A DNA stretch of 63,725 nucleotides, counting the filler, from Reticulomyxa filosa (taxonomy: Eukaryota > Protista > Foraminifera), in assembly GCA_000512085.1 (NCBI GenBank). It is 17 parts of 17 records of this genome, joined end to end, with 100 filler letters (N's around TTAATTAATTAA, not from the genome) between each part and the next. Parts side by side here need not be neighbours in the genome. Positions count along the whole stretch, not along the records: positions 33,575 to 41,556 come from ASPP01023323.1; positions 41,657 to 44,168 come from ASPP01039045.1; positions 44,269 to 47,572 come from ASPP01024066.1; positions 47,673 to 49,107 come from ASPP01010243.1; positions 49,208 to 50,920 come from ASPP01019762.1; 12 more parts are not named here. One strand, given 5' to 3'. The position numbers and the translations under genes were made by a program. Positions 39,554 to 51,020 of this stretch are shown in pieces. Below the pieces are notes generated by a model. It was not told the DNA's origin. It ran no database searches and saw only the letters and a program-made list of their open reading frames with translations. The stretch's first letter is position 1; the number at the start of each line of letters is the position of its first letter.

Positions 39554-41531
39554 TTATAGCTGACATAAACTTGGATTTTCTTTTTTTTTTAGTTTAGAAT
39601 GTCTGACAAATAGTTTATCTTCTCTTTTTCTTGATGACTCTATTTCACTGCCCAGCTCTTGGTGACGTTCTTTAAGCAGTGCCAAGTTGCGATCATATTC
39701 TTTAGATAACAAATGCTCTATGAATTTGGCCGCGTGGGTATGTAATTGTTGCCTTTGTGCATGAAGCATTTGTTCATAAATGACATCTCGTAAGAAACCG
39801 TATGAAAACTCATACACGTGCGATTCCGAGAAATCATCATCACTATCACTGTTGCTGTCCTCTGCTTCTTCATTGTCTTCAACGTTTGTGAAGCCATTAG
39901 GGCTAAAAATGGAGTCTAATTTTAGGCGTTCTCTGTCATTGGTGCTTGGACTGCTCAATCGATCTTCAGCTTTTTCATTTGTTACAAAAAAAAAAAAAGA
40001 TTGAGAATACAAAATATCACAATAAAAACAATTTTTTTTTTTTTTTAAAAGTAATACCTTTCATTGCTTTCTTTAACAAGTCGTGCCATTCATTCATATC
40101 AGATTGATTTTCTGCTCGTAAAATATAGTTTTTTCGCGAGGTTTGCACCCTCAAATGGAGTTCGTCTTCACGTTTTAATTTGATATCCATATCCGAGGTA
40201 AACTTGATGCGATTGACAGGATAGTGTTCCTTGACCGTGTCTTTAAACCAATATAACGTGTGATGTTTAAATACAAAATAGCGCAGCTTTTCGGGAGTGT
40301 TACTAGACATGGCCCCACGTTTGTACAGTCTCCCTTTTTTATATGGGATGTGAACGCCAGGGGGCTGAAGCAGCGACAGCGTCGAAGGCATGGGGTCACT
40401 ATTGTCCTGTTGTCCAACGGAGAAATTCCGCCGATGAAGCGAATTAAACCTCGTGCGCGACTCTGTCGTGTCGGCTATGCTGGTGCTTTTTTCGGGTGAT
40501 TCTGTGGGCAGTCCAGCATAGGACAAAGAGAGAGGAAGAGAGCAAGGAGGAGCAGAAGGGGGAGGAGGAAGAGGGACAGAATGATTGAACGACTTGGACT
40601 CAATCGCGGAGAGTACAGTGAGATCAATATCTTCTTCGCTTTCATGTTCCATGATTCCAGTGCTGTTGGACTCATATGGATGCAAAGGAGTCATCGTTGT
40701 CTTCTTATTGTTGTTGTTGTTGTTGTTGTTGTTTGTGGTTGCCCCTTTCACCATCGCGGAAACAGTGGAAGTGATTTTCATTATCTTTTTTTGAAAGACT
40801 AAGGACCGATCCGATTGCGTGGCTAGAGCTTCTTCTTCTTCTTCTTCTCCTGGAGTCGCTACTTGATTATGCCAAATGAAGGACATATGATTGGTCGCAG
40901 ATGAAGGCTTGATAAACGTATCATCCATTTCATCTTTTTGATTGGGTGGTGTCGCTGTGGATGTAGTGGATGTAGTGGTTGTTGTTGTTGCTGTTGCTGT
41001 TGCTGTTGTTGTTGCTGTTGTCGTTGTTGTTGTTGTTATTGTCATTGCTGGCGTTGTCTCATCATCCTCCACGTTACTACTTGGATTGCGGCTGTTGTTC
41101 ATCGAAGGCGAGTGGGCGGAAGACATTGCAAAGGCGATCCCGCGGTGCGTCGAGTCCACAAAAATAATGAACCCCATGTTTTTCAACTCCAGCAACGTTT
41201 CTCGCAACCTGCGCTTTTCCGCCATCTTTTCCACCGGATGGGTGCCACGTAGCATCTCTTCTTCAAACTGCCGACTGCGATTGCCTTTGGCTTTGCAGAT
41301 CACCGCCGCTGTCTTTATGCACAGCAGTTGCTCTGTGTTCAAGCAGTCCAAGTGTGCGGATGTGATGCTTTGAATGTACGGAGGAATCGGAAATGGCACG
41401 TCCACACCCACTTTCAGTTTCTCTTCTATCATTTCATTGAATGCTATCATCTTCTTGCTCCGATTGTTTTTTCTTACTAGCGTTTGAATCCATGGTTCGT
41501 TCGAATGTTTCAATATGTGCAAAAACTCCAC
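39554..41531 (-). CDS. ADCY10/adenylate-cyclase-associated STAND ATPase C-terminal region with an inserted PH domain (partial)
   Basis: IPPYIQSITSAHLDCLNTEQLLCIKTAAVI and YEFSYGFLRDVIYEQMLHAQRQQLHTHAAKFIE flank KKGRLYKRG...RYFVFKHHTLYWFK...YILRAENQSDMNEWHDLL (PH). Confidence 0.7.
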
Positions 41532-41656
41532 TACTTTTTTTTTTTTTTTTTATAAANNNNNNNNNNNNNNNNNNNNNNNNNNNNNNNNNNNNNNNNNNNN
41601 TTAATTAATTAANNNNNNNNNNNNNNNNNNNNNNNNNNNNNNNNNNNNNNNNNNNN

Positions 41657-42292
41657 CAACGTAAGTATCCGGCCAAATTTAGATATAAAAACCCTTTTTA
41701 ACACTTCGATACCTGCCGGACATGTATTTTACATGAACAATGAGATATTTTCAATCGACCCAAAAACAGAGGAAGAAACAGCAATGAACGAGGTCAATTT
41801 CCTGTACGAGACTCTGAAAAAAAAAATGAAAAATTTCTTGGATACAGCAAGCGACATGAAGATCATGGACACTAGCGAATTTAGAAAACTCAAGGAAAAA
41901 AAGGGACAGCTTCAAAAATCAATTGATGCTTTTGCAAAAAAAATGTAACGAGCTCACAGAAGAAAAGCTAAGAATATCCAATGTGATAACCGAAGTTGAC
42001 TGAAATGACAGACCAAAAACAGAAGTTGGATTTGAAAAGATATAAAAAAAAACAAAAACGAACACAATCCGAGCATGAATCAACGCCGTATCACAACACC
42101 ATCTGTTGCGTATGTGATTCAAACTGTCATGAAAGTTGTGGCTTAAATGAAACCACGGTCAAGGGATCCGATATTTTCAAAGGTTGTGCTGCAATGTCCG
42201 GCGATCATTGCAAGGGGTGCGATCATCATTATACGTCTCATGTACACATGAGAGTGAAATGGGTGTCCTTGACATCGAACAACTCAAGTTAA
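41657..42292 (+). pseudogene. C-terminal part of a septin/GIMAP-like GTPase-associated protein with Cys/His-rich domain, frameshifted
   Basis: Coiled coil followed by TPYHNTICCVCDSNCHESCGL...FKGCAAMSGDHCKGCDHHYTSHVH. Confidence 0.5.
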
Positions 42293-42772
42293 TTGAAAAG
42301 GCTTCCACTGACATTGATTCCAAAAATCAATTTTTCAATAGAAATCATTTGATATTTCATCACAATTTGCCACATTTGGTTTTTGAGAAAACTTTGATGC
42401 AGAATTAGCATAAAATTTCTTTCCTTGAAAGACATTCTTTTGGTTGATTAATGAAACAAAAAAATTCCACATTGGATAAAAAAACTATCAGTCACATTGT
42501 GATCTCTTTTTTATTACTAACAAAAAAGTAATAAACTTTCTGTCTTGTAGGTAATAACATCAAACTAATAAGCAAAATAATCATTTTATCCTTTATGTTT
42601 TGAAAATACGTCCATTATGTAACTCTTTTGAATAATTTTATTTCAAAACATCAAAAGAGCCAAAGAATATATTACATTAAGAGTTTTAATATTATGACAC
42701 TTTATCTATAATTTTTGCACACGATTAACAGAATGATATACAATCAACAGCCAAAAAAAAGATTCCCCTCTG

Positions 42773-43069
42773 TGAACATTCATGCGTTTCGTCATGAAAA
42801 ATCAACACTTATTCAAAACTCTTTTTTAAAATAATATCTACGCGTTGTTGAGAATCAAAAAATGTATTTGGTTTTTAATACCAGAACGAAGCATTAATTT
42901 TTCTAATGCTTTGAAAAAATGAAAAAAATATCAACGGTTTTTGTATAATTTTCTACACTTTTATTAAAAACCAAATACATTTTTGGATTCTCAACGACGC
43001 GTAGATATTATTTTAAAAAAGAATTTTGAATAAGTGTTGATTTTTCATGACGAAACGCATGAATGTTCA
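42773..43069. repeat. 108-bp inverted repeat (3 mismatches) with 81-bp spacer
   Basis: Arms 42773-42880 and 42962-43069 are reverse complements. Confidence 0.95.
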
Positions 43070-43422
43070 TAGGTGTTCATTTTAGGAGAATTTTTTTTTT
43101 TAGCTTTCGATTGTAAATCTATTCTAGTTTGGCACAAAAAAGCACAGTATTTGATATTAAGAATCTCTAATAAAAGAATGTTGCTTTGATAGAACTAAAA
43201 AATAAACTTGGTGTGAATAACATAAATAAATAAAAGAATTGATCAACATGTATTCCAAAAAAACATTTTATAAAATGCAAGCATAAAAAATTATTTAAAT
43301 AACAAACACGACCGTGTTATTTTTTTTATCCTGCAAGAACAAAAAACCACTCTGTTTTTTTTGGAGCGAAAAGGGGATTGACGAAATTTCTTAGCAAAAA
43401 TTTCAATCGTGTACTTGTAAAC

Positions 43423-44168
43423 ATGACACAATCAAGTGGAGCGTTATCTGTGAAATTGGGAGATGGAAGTACCTTAGAGCTGGCGTTTGACCAATTTACG
43501 GAGACAACGTTGCAGGGAGTGCAGAGAGTGATCTACGAAAAAAAGCCGTCTTTGTGGGATCCGTTCGGACAAGATTTGTCTTTAAAAAAAAAGTGTTGCC
43601 ACGAGATGGTAAGTTGTCGGATCATGGCATAAAACCAAAAGATGAGATTGAAATGAAGAGTCGTGACGACAATAAAGAAGAGAGTGTGGAAATCTATGTC
43701 CGACTTTCGAATGGAAAAAATGTACCATTTGATGTGCAGCTATCTTGTAATTCAATTTTGCATGTAAAAAATTTGATCGCAGAAGAAGAAGGTATTCCTC
43801 AAGAGCAACAAAATTTGGAGTTTGAAGACCAGCCATTAGATGATTGGAACACGTTATCTGACTATAACATCCAAGAAGGCTCCGTATTGCGTTTGGCAGC
43901 ACGCTTAAGGGGAGGAAAACCTGTTACCTTCGCTGCGCCTGATGTAAAACAACAATCCTTTGAAAAAACTGGTAAGAATAACCTTCAATTTTATTTCGTC
44001 AAACCCGGATTAAATTACGCGGTATGTTTTTTTTCGTGGGATATGTCTATATTTTTGTATAAAGTGCATATTGGCTCCAAAATTTATCCAATTTTTTTTT
44101 TTTTTTTTTTTTTAAAAAAAAAGGGCATTTGCAAAGAAGACAGTTGCGTGGCTGGAAAGAAGAAAGAG
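43423..44168 (+). CDS. Tandem ubiquitin-like domain fusion protein with C-terminal Cys-containing domain (partial; homopolymer frameshift ~43590)
   Basis: Divergent first UBL, then EIYVRLSNGK...VKNLIAEEEGIPQEQQNL...TLSDYNIQEGSVLRLAARLRGG, then FVKPGLNYA-GICKEDSCVAG. Confidence 0.8.
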
Positions 44169-44746
44169 NNNNNNNNNNNNNNNNNNNNNNNNNNNNNNNN
44201 NNNNNNNNNNNNTTAATTAATTAANNNNNNNNNNNNNNNNNNNNNNNNNNNNNNNNNNNNNNNNNNNNTAATATCATTCACATGGTATGACTTTTTCTTC
44301 TGGAACATGAGTTCTTCATGTTGTTTTTTTTTGTTTGGCTATTTGTGCGTTTTTATCACTGTTTGTGTATATATTGCTTTTTAAGTGGCAATTTCAGTGG
44401 TTTTTACGGATATCATTTATTTGCTATTTACGTATGACTCTATTATTACTATTATCCTTTTGTATTCAGTAAATGTTACAATATAAGATTTGAAACAATA
44501 AAGATGCTATAAAAAAGAGTAATCACAAGAGGAGTCTATTGTATACCTGAAACATTTACAAACGCTTGAGTATTATGTTTTTTTTATAAACAAGGATTAA
44601 AAAACATCTTAATCTATTTAAATTTTATTTAAAAAACCAAGCTTTATTTAAATAATTTGTTAAAACGTAAAATACGTTCTTTGGGTTTCAAAAGGGCCAT
44701 GTCACCTGTTTGAAAACTATTTAAAAACTTCAGCAACATTAACAAC

Positions 44747-44907
44747 GTGGGTAATCAAACTACAACACAAAAACTTACCTTTCAAAGTTTGAAGGAGCCC
44801 AATACACTAATCTGTACTACAAGCACGAAATTATCATTTGTGGAAGTAAACATAAAAGATCTTGTTATTCTTATCATGTAATCAAAAACAAATAAAAGTT
44901 TATATGT
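44747..44907 (+). pseudogene. 5' fragment of kelch-like family gene
   Basis: (M>V)GNQTTTQKLTFQSLKE...KHEIIICGSKHKRSCYSYHVIKNK*KFIC. Confidence 0.7.
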
Positions 44908-44909
44908 AC

Positions 44910-45620
44910 TGGTAATTGTCGACATTATCTCGTTGATGTATTTATGCAGCTTATGCTGAAGTACCACAGTTGAACCAGATTCAAATCTAATCACAAATGT
45001 TCTACCAATCCAAACCGCAATGGTGCAATAATCTAATAAATAACAATTTGCGATATTCGATGAACTAACATAAGATGAAATTTTGTTATCTTTGGATTTT
45101 GATGCATTGTGATATTTTGTGATTGAAGCACATTCACAAACACTGGAATTGAAGGTGAAGTACTTATTATCATAATTATGGATTGTCAGAATATCTTGAT
45201 GTCATTTAATGATGACAATGTTCACGAGATTTATTTGATCAAATATCATTATGGGATCACTGGCAATGAAATGGACCTTGTTGCAAATAATGTAAGTAAG
45301 AAAGATCAGCAATTGAAGTAAAATTTGATTCAACAGCATAGATTATTGGCATTACTGAATAATCAATTACTGAATCATTTCTTTACATAGTAATGGAATA
45401 GACATTTGATTTGTGAACGTATTTATATTCGAAGACATACAATGACAGGTTATTTACTGTCTAACCTGATAGATGCAAAATCATTTAAAAAGGTTGCATT
45501 AATTGACATTTAATGATCGCAAGCTCATTTGTCGTTGATTACTGTCAATATCAATGTATTGTCATGACAATTAGGCCATTTATCATTGGAGATCGATCGT
45601 GGAATCATATAGCCAAGTCC
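44910..45620 (+). mobile_element. Highly degenerate non-LTR retrotransposon relic (RNase H-like region)
   Basis: 45181-45300 reads DCQNILMSFNDDNVHEIYLIKYHYGITGNEMDLVANNVSK, resembling the RNase H motif H.GI.GNE.AD..A; the surrounding frames are broken. Confidence 0.4.
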
Positions 45621-46108
45621 GTTATCGATAACAAGAGAAATATTTTGAACAATTGTCAAGTCTCTTCAAAACAAATATCAATTTAAATTGAAATAATTTT
45701 ATTCGTATGGAACTTTTGGTCATTGTATAATTTTGTGATTTTTTCTTTTCTTTTTTGAGTACTATGTTCATTTCTTAGAACGATGTGCTTTTTTAACTAG
45801 AAAGACCTGAGTTTATGCACGTAGAGAGGCAAAAAGCATTGCGAGTTGATGATGGAGTGAGATAGTAGTTAGACACTTGATAAGTCCCACTTCAACTTAA
45901 AAACTTTTTTTTTTGATATTTTAATGATTAACCAAAACTTGAATATGTTTTTTGATGTTATTGTCAATCGTGTGATAATTTGAGAAATTTTTGTTGATCT
46001 TTTCCTTTGCTTTTTGTTTTTTTTATAGTACTATGTTCCTTTTGGAAGATGTGCTAGTTTTTTAAACTGGTATAAGATATAATCAGCTAAAAAAAATCTT
46101 GATGCTTA

Positions 46109-47116
46109 TACAGTAGAATGCAAAATAAAGTTGATACCTAAAACGGCACTATATAGAGATGATTGATTTTCTACGTAAAAAAACAGAACTAATTTTTAAA
46201 AAATCTACAAATCGTGTACTTTTTAAATATCATTTTGATTTTTTATTACATCTTTAATTATTTCAATATTTTATCCTTTATTTTCTTTTTTTTTTAGCTC
46301 AATGCAGTTCGATATTTGAGTTTTTAAATTATTATTTTTGAAAATTGCTAAAGGATTAAGAATTTTAACAAAAGAAGTACTGTTGAACTGTTGCGTTAGG
46401 ACTGGAGATTGCTCAAAGTTGCAAAAAAATTTTGTGTAAGTCATGAATGTGTGCATAAATAGAAGCTGACGTTCAATCATAAAAACATCAAAAATTATTT
46501 GTATAAGCATAATCGTGTGGTTTTGCTTGTACCATTAATTGATGTATCAATGCAGATATTTACAAAGAAGTTCTAGGTGATGCAATGATCAAAAAGTATT
46601 AATTGGTGTTTAGAAGAGAATAAAGATTGGATATTTCAGCAAGATAATGCCACCAGCAACACAGCAATTACAGCAAAAGAATGTTTTAAACAAAATGCTA
46701 TCAAAGTATTGGAATTTCAATCTAAACTTTCCAGACAAAATTTGGCGTTATCCAAATCATTGGAAGAAAATTTGAAATTAGTTGCAAAATTGGTCAAAGA
46801 ACGTGCATTAGCTGGGCAAGTAATTCAGATAGTTTCTACTTTGGATCAACATATCTTTTTTCATTGTACAAATTCAAACAAAACTCACTAAAACGATAAG
46901 CAATAAGCCAAACACTTAACTGAGTTTTTCTAAATTTCAGAATTCGCGGAAAGAGAATTTCTATTTGCTATATAAAAAATTTATGCGATGGTTCTTTTTG
47001 AATTGTAAATGTTTGCTTTTGAAACACTTTTACTTTGATCATGAATCCACTCATACATAACTCGATATCCGATATAACAATATTTGTGGATGGCCAATTT
47101 TTTGCAATTAATTGTA
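46109..47116 (+). mobile_element. Decayed, internally deleted Tc1/mariner DNA transposon
   Basis: INADIYKEVLGDAM and DWIFQQDNATSNTAITAKECFKQNAIKVLEF (Tc1 DDE QQDNA motif); HTH-like VAKKFCVSHECV; left TIR TA-CAGTAGAATGCAAAA; degenerate right TIR ~47094-47116. Confidence 0.75.
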
Positions 47117-47672
47117 AATTTCCCTTCTGAGAAGGGTGTTGTGTGATAATTTATCATTACTATTACTATTTTTAATTCAGTTGCATTTTTCATATACTGA
47201 TATTGATCTTAAATTCATTAACGATCCACATCAGTGTTTATCTTGAATCGTGTTTATGAACTCATTAATCAATTTGTTAACAATTGAAGACATTGGTTTT
47301 TTTTCCCACCCAGCCTAGGATATTGTATAAATGATTCAGTCTTACTGATGAAAGAGTAAATATGCAACTCTAAAATAGAGTTATTATTCCACGTAAAATT
47401 TGACGATGAACTTTTTTGTCATAAGATTTTTTCTACTTTTATTGCTTAGTGAAAGTTTCTTTTAAAAGAAAGCCGCAAAAAGAACAAAATAATTGCCATG
47501 TGATTCCAATGGAATTGTATTTTAAGCTTAATACTTACAATCGCATTTTAAAAATTTGTTTAATATTCATTANNNNNNNNNNNNNNNNNNNNNNNNNNNN
47601 NNNNNNNNNNNNNNNNTTAATTAATTAANNNNNNNNNNNNNNNNNNNNNNNNNNNNNNNNNNNNNNNNNNNN

Positions 47673-47756
47673 GATGAAGCGCAGCAGGTCCTTGTTTTCG
47701 TGCTGCTTCAGGTAGGCCAGGATGTCGCTGGCGATCAGGTCGGATTGGTGTGCCAT
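47673..47756 (-). CDS. cysN: Sulfate adenylyltransferase subunit 1, N-terminus (bacterial, truncated by contig end)
   Basis: [28 protein letters not shown] immediately downstream of cysD. Confidence 0.9.
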
Positions 47757-47830
47757 GAGCGTATGCCTTGCATCAGCTAGGTTGGCCGCATGCGGCCAAC
47801 CTCAGGATATTCGGTAGGAAGAAGCGGGGC

Positions 47831-48756
47831 TTAGAAGTAGCCTTCCATCTTCTTTTTCTCCATCGAGCCGGCCGAGTCGTGGTCGATCACGCGGCCCTGG
47901 CGTTCGGAGGTCTTGGTCAGCAGCATTTCCTGGATCACATCGGCCAGGGTGCCGGCTTCCGATTCCACCGCGCCGGTCAGCGGGTAACAGCCCAGCGTGC
48001 GGAAGCGCACTTTCTTGTGCTGGATGCGCGCTTTTTCTTCTTCGCTCAGGTACTGCAGGATGCGCTCGTCGTCGATCATGATCAGCGTGCCGTCACGCTC
48101 GATCACCGGGCTTCGGCAGCGAAGTACAGCGGCACGATTTCGATGTTTTCCAGCAGGATGTACTGCCAGATGTCCAGTTCGGTCCAGTTGGACAGCGGGA
48201 ATACACGGATGCTTTCGCCCTTGTTGATCTTGGCGTTGTAGATGTTCCACAGCTCCGGGCGCTGGCTTTTCGGGTCCCAGCGGTGGTTCTTGTCGCGGAA
48301 CGAGTACACGCGCTCCTTGGCGCGCGATTTTTCCTCGTCGCGGCGGGCGCCACCAAAGGCGGCGTCGAACTTGTACTTGTTCAGTGCCTGCTTCAGGCCT
48401 TCGGTTTTCATCACGTCGGTGTGCTTGGCACTACCGGCGGTAAACGGGTTGATGCCGGCGTCCACGCCTTCCTGGTTGGTGTGCACGATCAGGTCCCAGC
48501 CGTATTCGCGGGCCTGCTTGTCGCGCAGCGCGATCATTTCCTTGAACTTCCAGGTGGTGTCCACGTGCATCAGCGGGAACGGCGGCCGGCCGGGTGCGAA
48601 GGCCTTCTCGGCCAGGCGCAACATCACGGCAGAATCCTTGCCGATGGAGTACAGCATCACCGGGTTGTCAAACTCGGCGGCGACTTCACGGATGATGTGG
48701 ATGGACTCGGCTTCAAGTTGCTTGAGGTGAGTCAGCCTCTCCTGACTGATATTCAT
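47831..48756 (-). CDS. cysD: Sulfate adenylyltransferase subunit 2 (bacterial; 1-bp frameshift ~48112)
   Basis: [35 protein letters not shown]...[15 protein letters not shown]...[17 protein letters not shown]...[11 protein letters not shown]. Confidence 0.97.
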
Positions 48757-49039
48757 CTTTGCGCTCAATTCTCTGGCTGTTGGCATCGCGGCGGCCGGGC
48801 AGGCGCCGTGCCGGACTTTCCGGGCACCGCCAATGTACCGGAGAGGCGCGCTTCCCCGAAAGAATGAATATATATATCTATATGCTATATATGGCGCGCT
48901 TTGGTGCTAAAGCAGGAATATAGGGCGTCAAATGATGGTCAGATTTATCGATTGAACACCATTTCTACTTAAAGAACTGTGACTAGAATGGAGAAAGACA
49001 CTGCAGTACGCGTTCAACATAACTCAAGGTGGGTGCCCG

Positions 49040-49107
49040 ATGAGCGACAAACCCCTGATTGTAGTCATCGACGATGACGTGCTGACCGCCGAGATGATCA
49101 GCGACGG
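49040..49107 (+). CDS. Response regulator receiver domain, N-terminus (bacterial, truncated)
   Basis: MSDKPLIVVIDDDVLTAEMISD, with AGGTGGG upstream. Confidence 0.75.
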
Positions 49108-50505
49108 NNNNNNNNNNNNNNNNNNNNNNNNNNNNNNNNNNNNNNNNNNNNTTAATTAATTAANNNNNNNNNNNNNNNNNNNNNNNNNNNNNNNNNNNNN
49201 NNNNNNNAAAAAAAAAAGGATGTTTAACTGGACCGTACGTATCTTGAACAATAAAATCCCTTCATCAAGTCTGCAATCTCGATATCCAACACTTTGGTTC
49301 CATTTCGAACTTGAATTTTCAATAATAACAAGTCCACCTTATTTAAGATAACAAAATCTCTATCATCTTTTATCAATAGATCAATTTCTACAAGTCCAAA
49401 AAATCGAAAATTCTTGGCCAAGTTGGGAGTAATTGAAAGGAAGTAACGGGTATTTATTATATTTTTTGGCAAAACGTCTTTTTCTTTTTCTTTATGCTTT
49501 CATCAAACACACAAAAAGCTTTTCTTCAAATTCCCACAATAACATACACATATTTAAGAGAAACACCGACATTACCTCCTCTGGCTTTTGAAACATCTTT
49601 AGAAAATTGATCTAAGCTTTTTAAAGTTCTAAAAACAAGTCCCCCTTTTTTTTATAAACTTTCTTTTCTGGTTTAATTAACTTGTTTCTCTTTTATTAAA
49701 AATCGTTCATAATATACATTTCAATATCTTATATATAATATAAAAAAAATTTACGACGGTGCTTTAATATACCAATATCCCTATGCCCTTATTAACAACT
49801 AGTAGCAATTTAATGTTTAACACATGTACCACTCACCCACCCATCCCACCATTACATATTACGCCATAATATGCAATCTTTGGCCTTCACATTAAACTGG
49901 CGTTATATTATTGACTGTCACTTTCAAAATATAACAGTCCGACACTCATCTCCAATCGACAAAACCTTTCATAACATACAATTCTAGGGTAATATTGCAT
50001 GAGATATATTTGCGAATCATCTACAGGAGAGATCATGTGTAACTACTAGTTGATAAATATATTATATCAAATGTTACATAGATACTCGAAAATGTTGTTC
50101 ATCAAACTTTTTTTTTAATCAATATAATTTTTTCAAAAATGAAGAATTATAAAAATAAAATCTGATTTTGTTTGTAATTGATTGAAAGAGATCAATGTTG
50201 AATTGTGCAGAATAATACATTTGATTTTTTTTTACATAACAAATTAAACTTCTACTCTCAAATTGCATAAGCGGTGACAACAAATGGAAAAAAAAAAAAA
50301 TAGTAATACAAAAAATGTATATTTCATTTGCACAAGGAATTCTGACAGCTTTGTAAACACATAAAATCATGTAAACAAAAAAAAAACATAGCTACTTTCC
50401 CAATGTTATGGGGGGAAGGTTTGGAATTCACAAGTAAAAAAAGTGAGAGACAAAAGAAGAGGAGGAAAAAAAAAAATGACAACATATATGTTGCAAACGA
50501 TCAAA

Positions 50506-50853
50506 CTAGTCTTGACCCAGTTCGACCACCACTTGTTCAACATCCTTTGATTTGGTCTCAGGCACGTATCGAAGAATAAAGATACCACCAATCAAACACA
50601 TCGTGCCAAAAGGAACAAAGCCATACATGCCCAAACCGTCCAACATGACGGGCGTGACCAAGGCCACAATTGTATTGGTCGTGAAATTCATCACCTGAGC
50701 CATGGAGTTGATAGTGCCTCGAAATTGCATTGGGGTGATCTCACTAACATAAAGCCAAGGAATTGGCCCCAACCCAATTTCGAACGCAACCACAAAGAAC
50801 ACCAACATGACGACACAAGGAGGACCCCATGTCGAGGAACTTCCATTTTGTAG
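50506..50853 (-). CDS. MFS sugar porter (GLUT-like), last exon
   Basis: FEIGLGPIPWLYVSEITPMQFRG and VPETK motifs. Confidence 0.9.
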   Translation of the reverse strand, partial: LQNGSSSTWGPPCVVMLVFFVVAFEIGLGPIPWLYVSEITPMQFRGTINSMAQVMNFTTNTIVALVTPVMLDGLGMYGFVPFGTMCLIGGIFILRYVPETKSKDVEQVVVELGQD

Positions 50854-50879
50854 TCCTTTTATTGCAATACGTATACACA

Positions 50880-50920
<41 letters not shown>

Positions 50921-51020
50921 NNNNNNNNNNNNNNNNNNNNNNNNNNNNNNNNNNNNNNNNNNNNTTAATTAATTAANNNNNNNNNNNNNNNNNNNNNNNN
51001 NNNNNNNNNNNNNNNNNNNN

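Noticed and set aside
47768-48867. Overlapping plus-strand ORFs
   Set aside because: Antisense shadow ORFs of GC-rich cysD.
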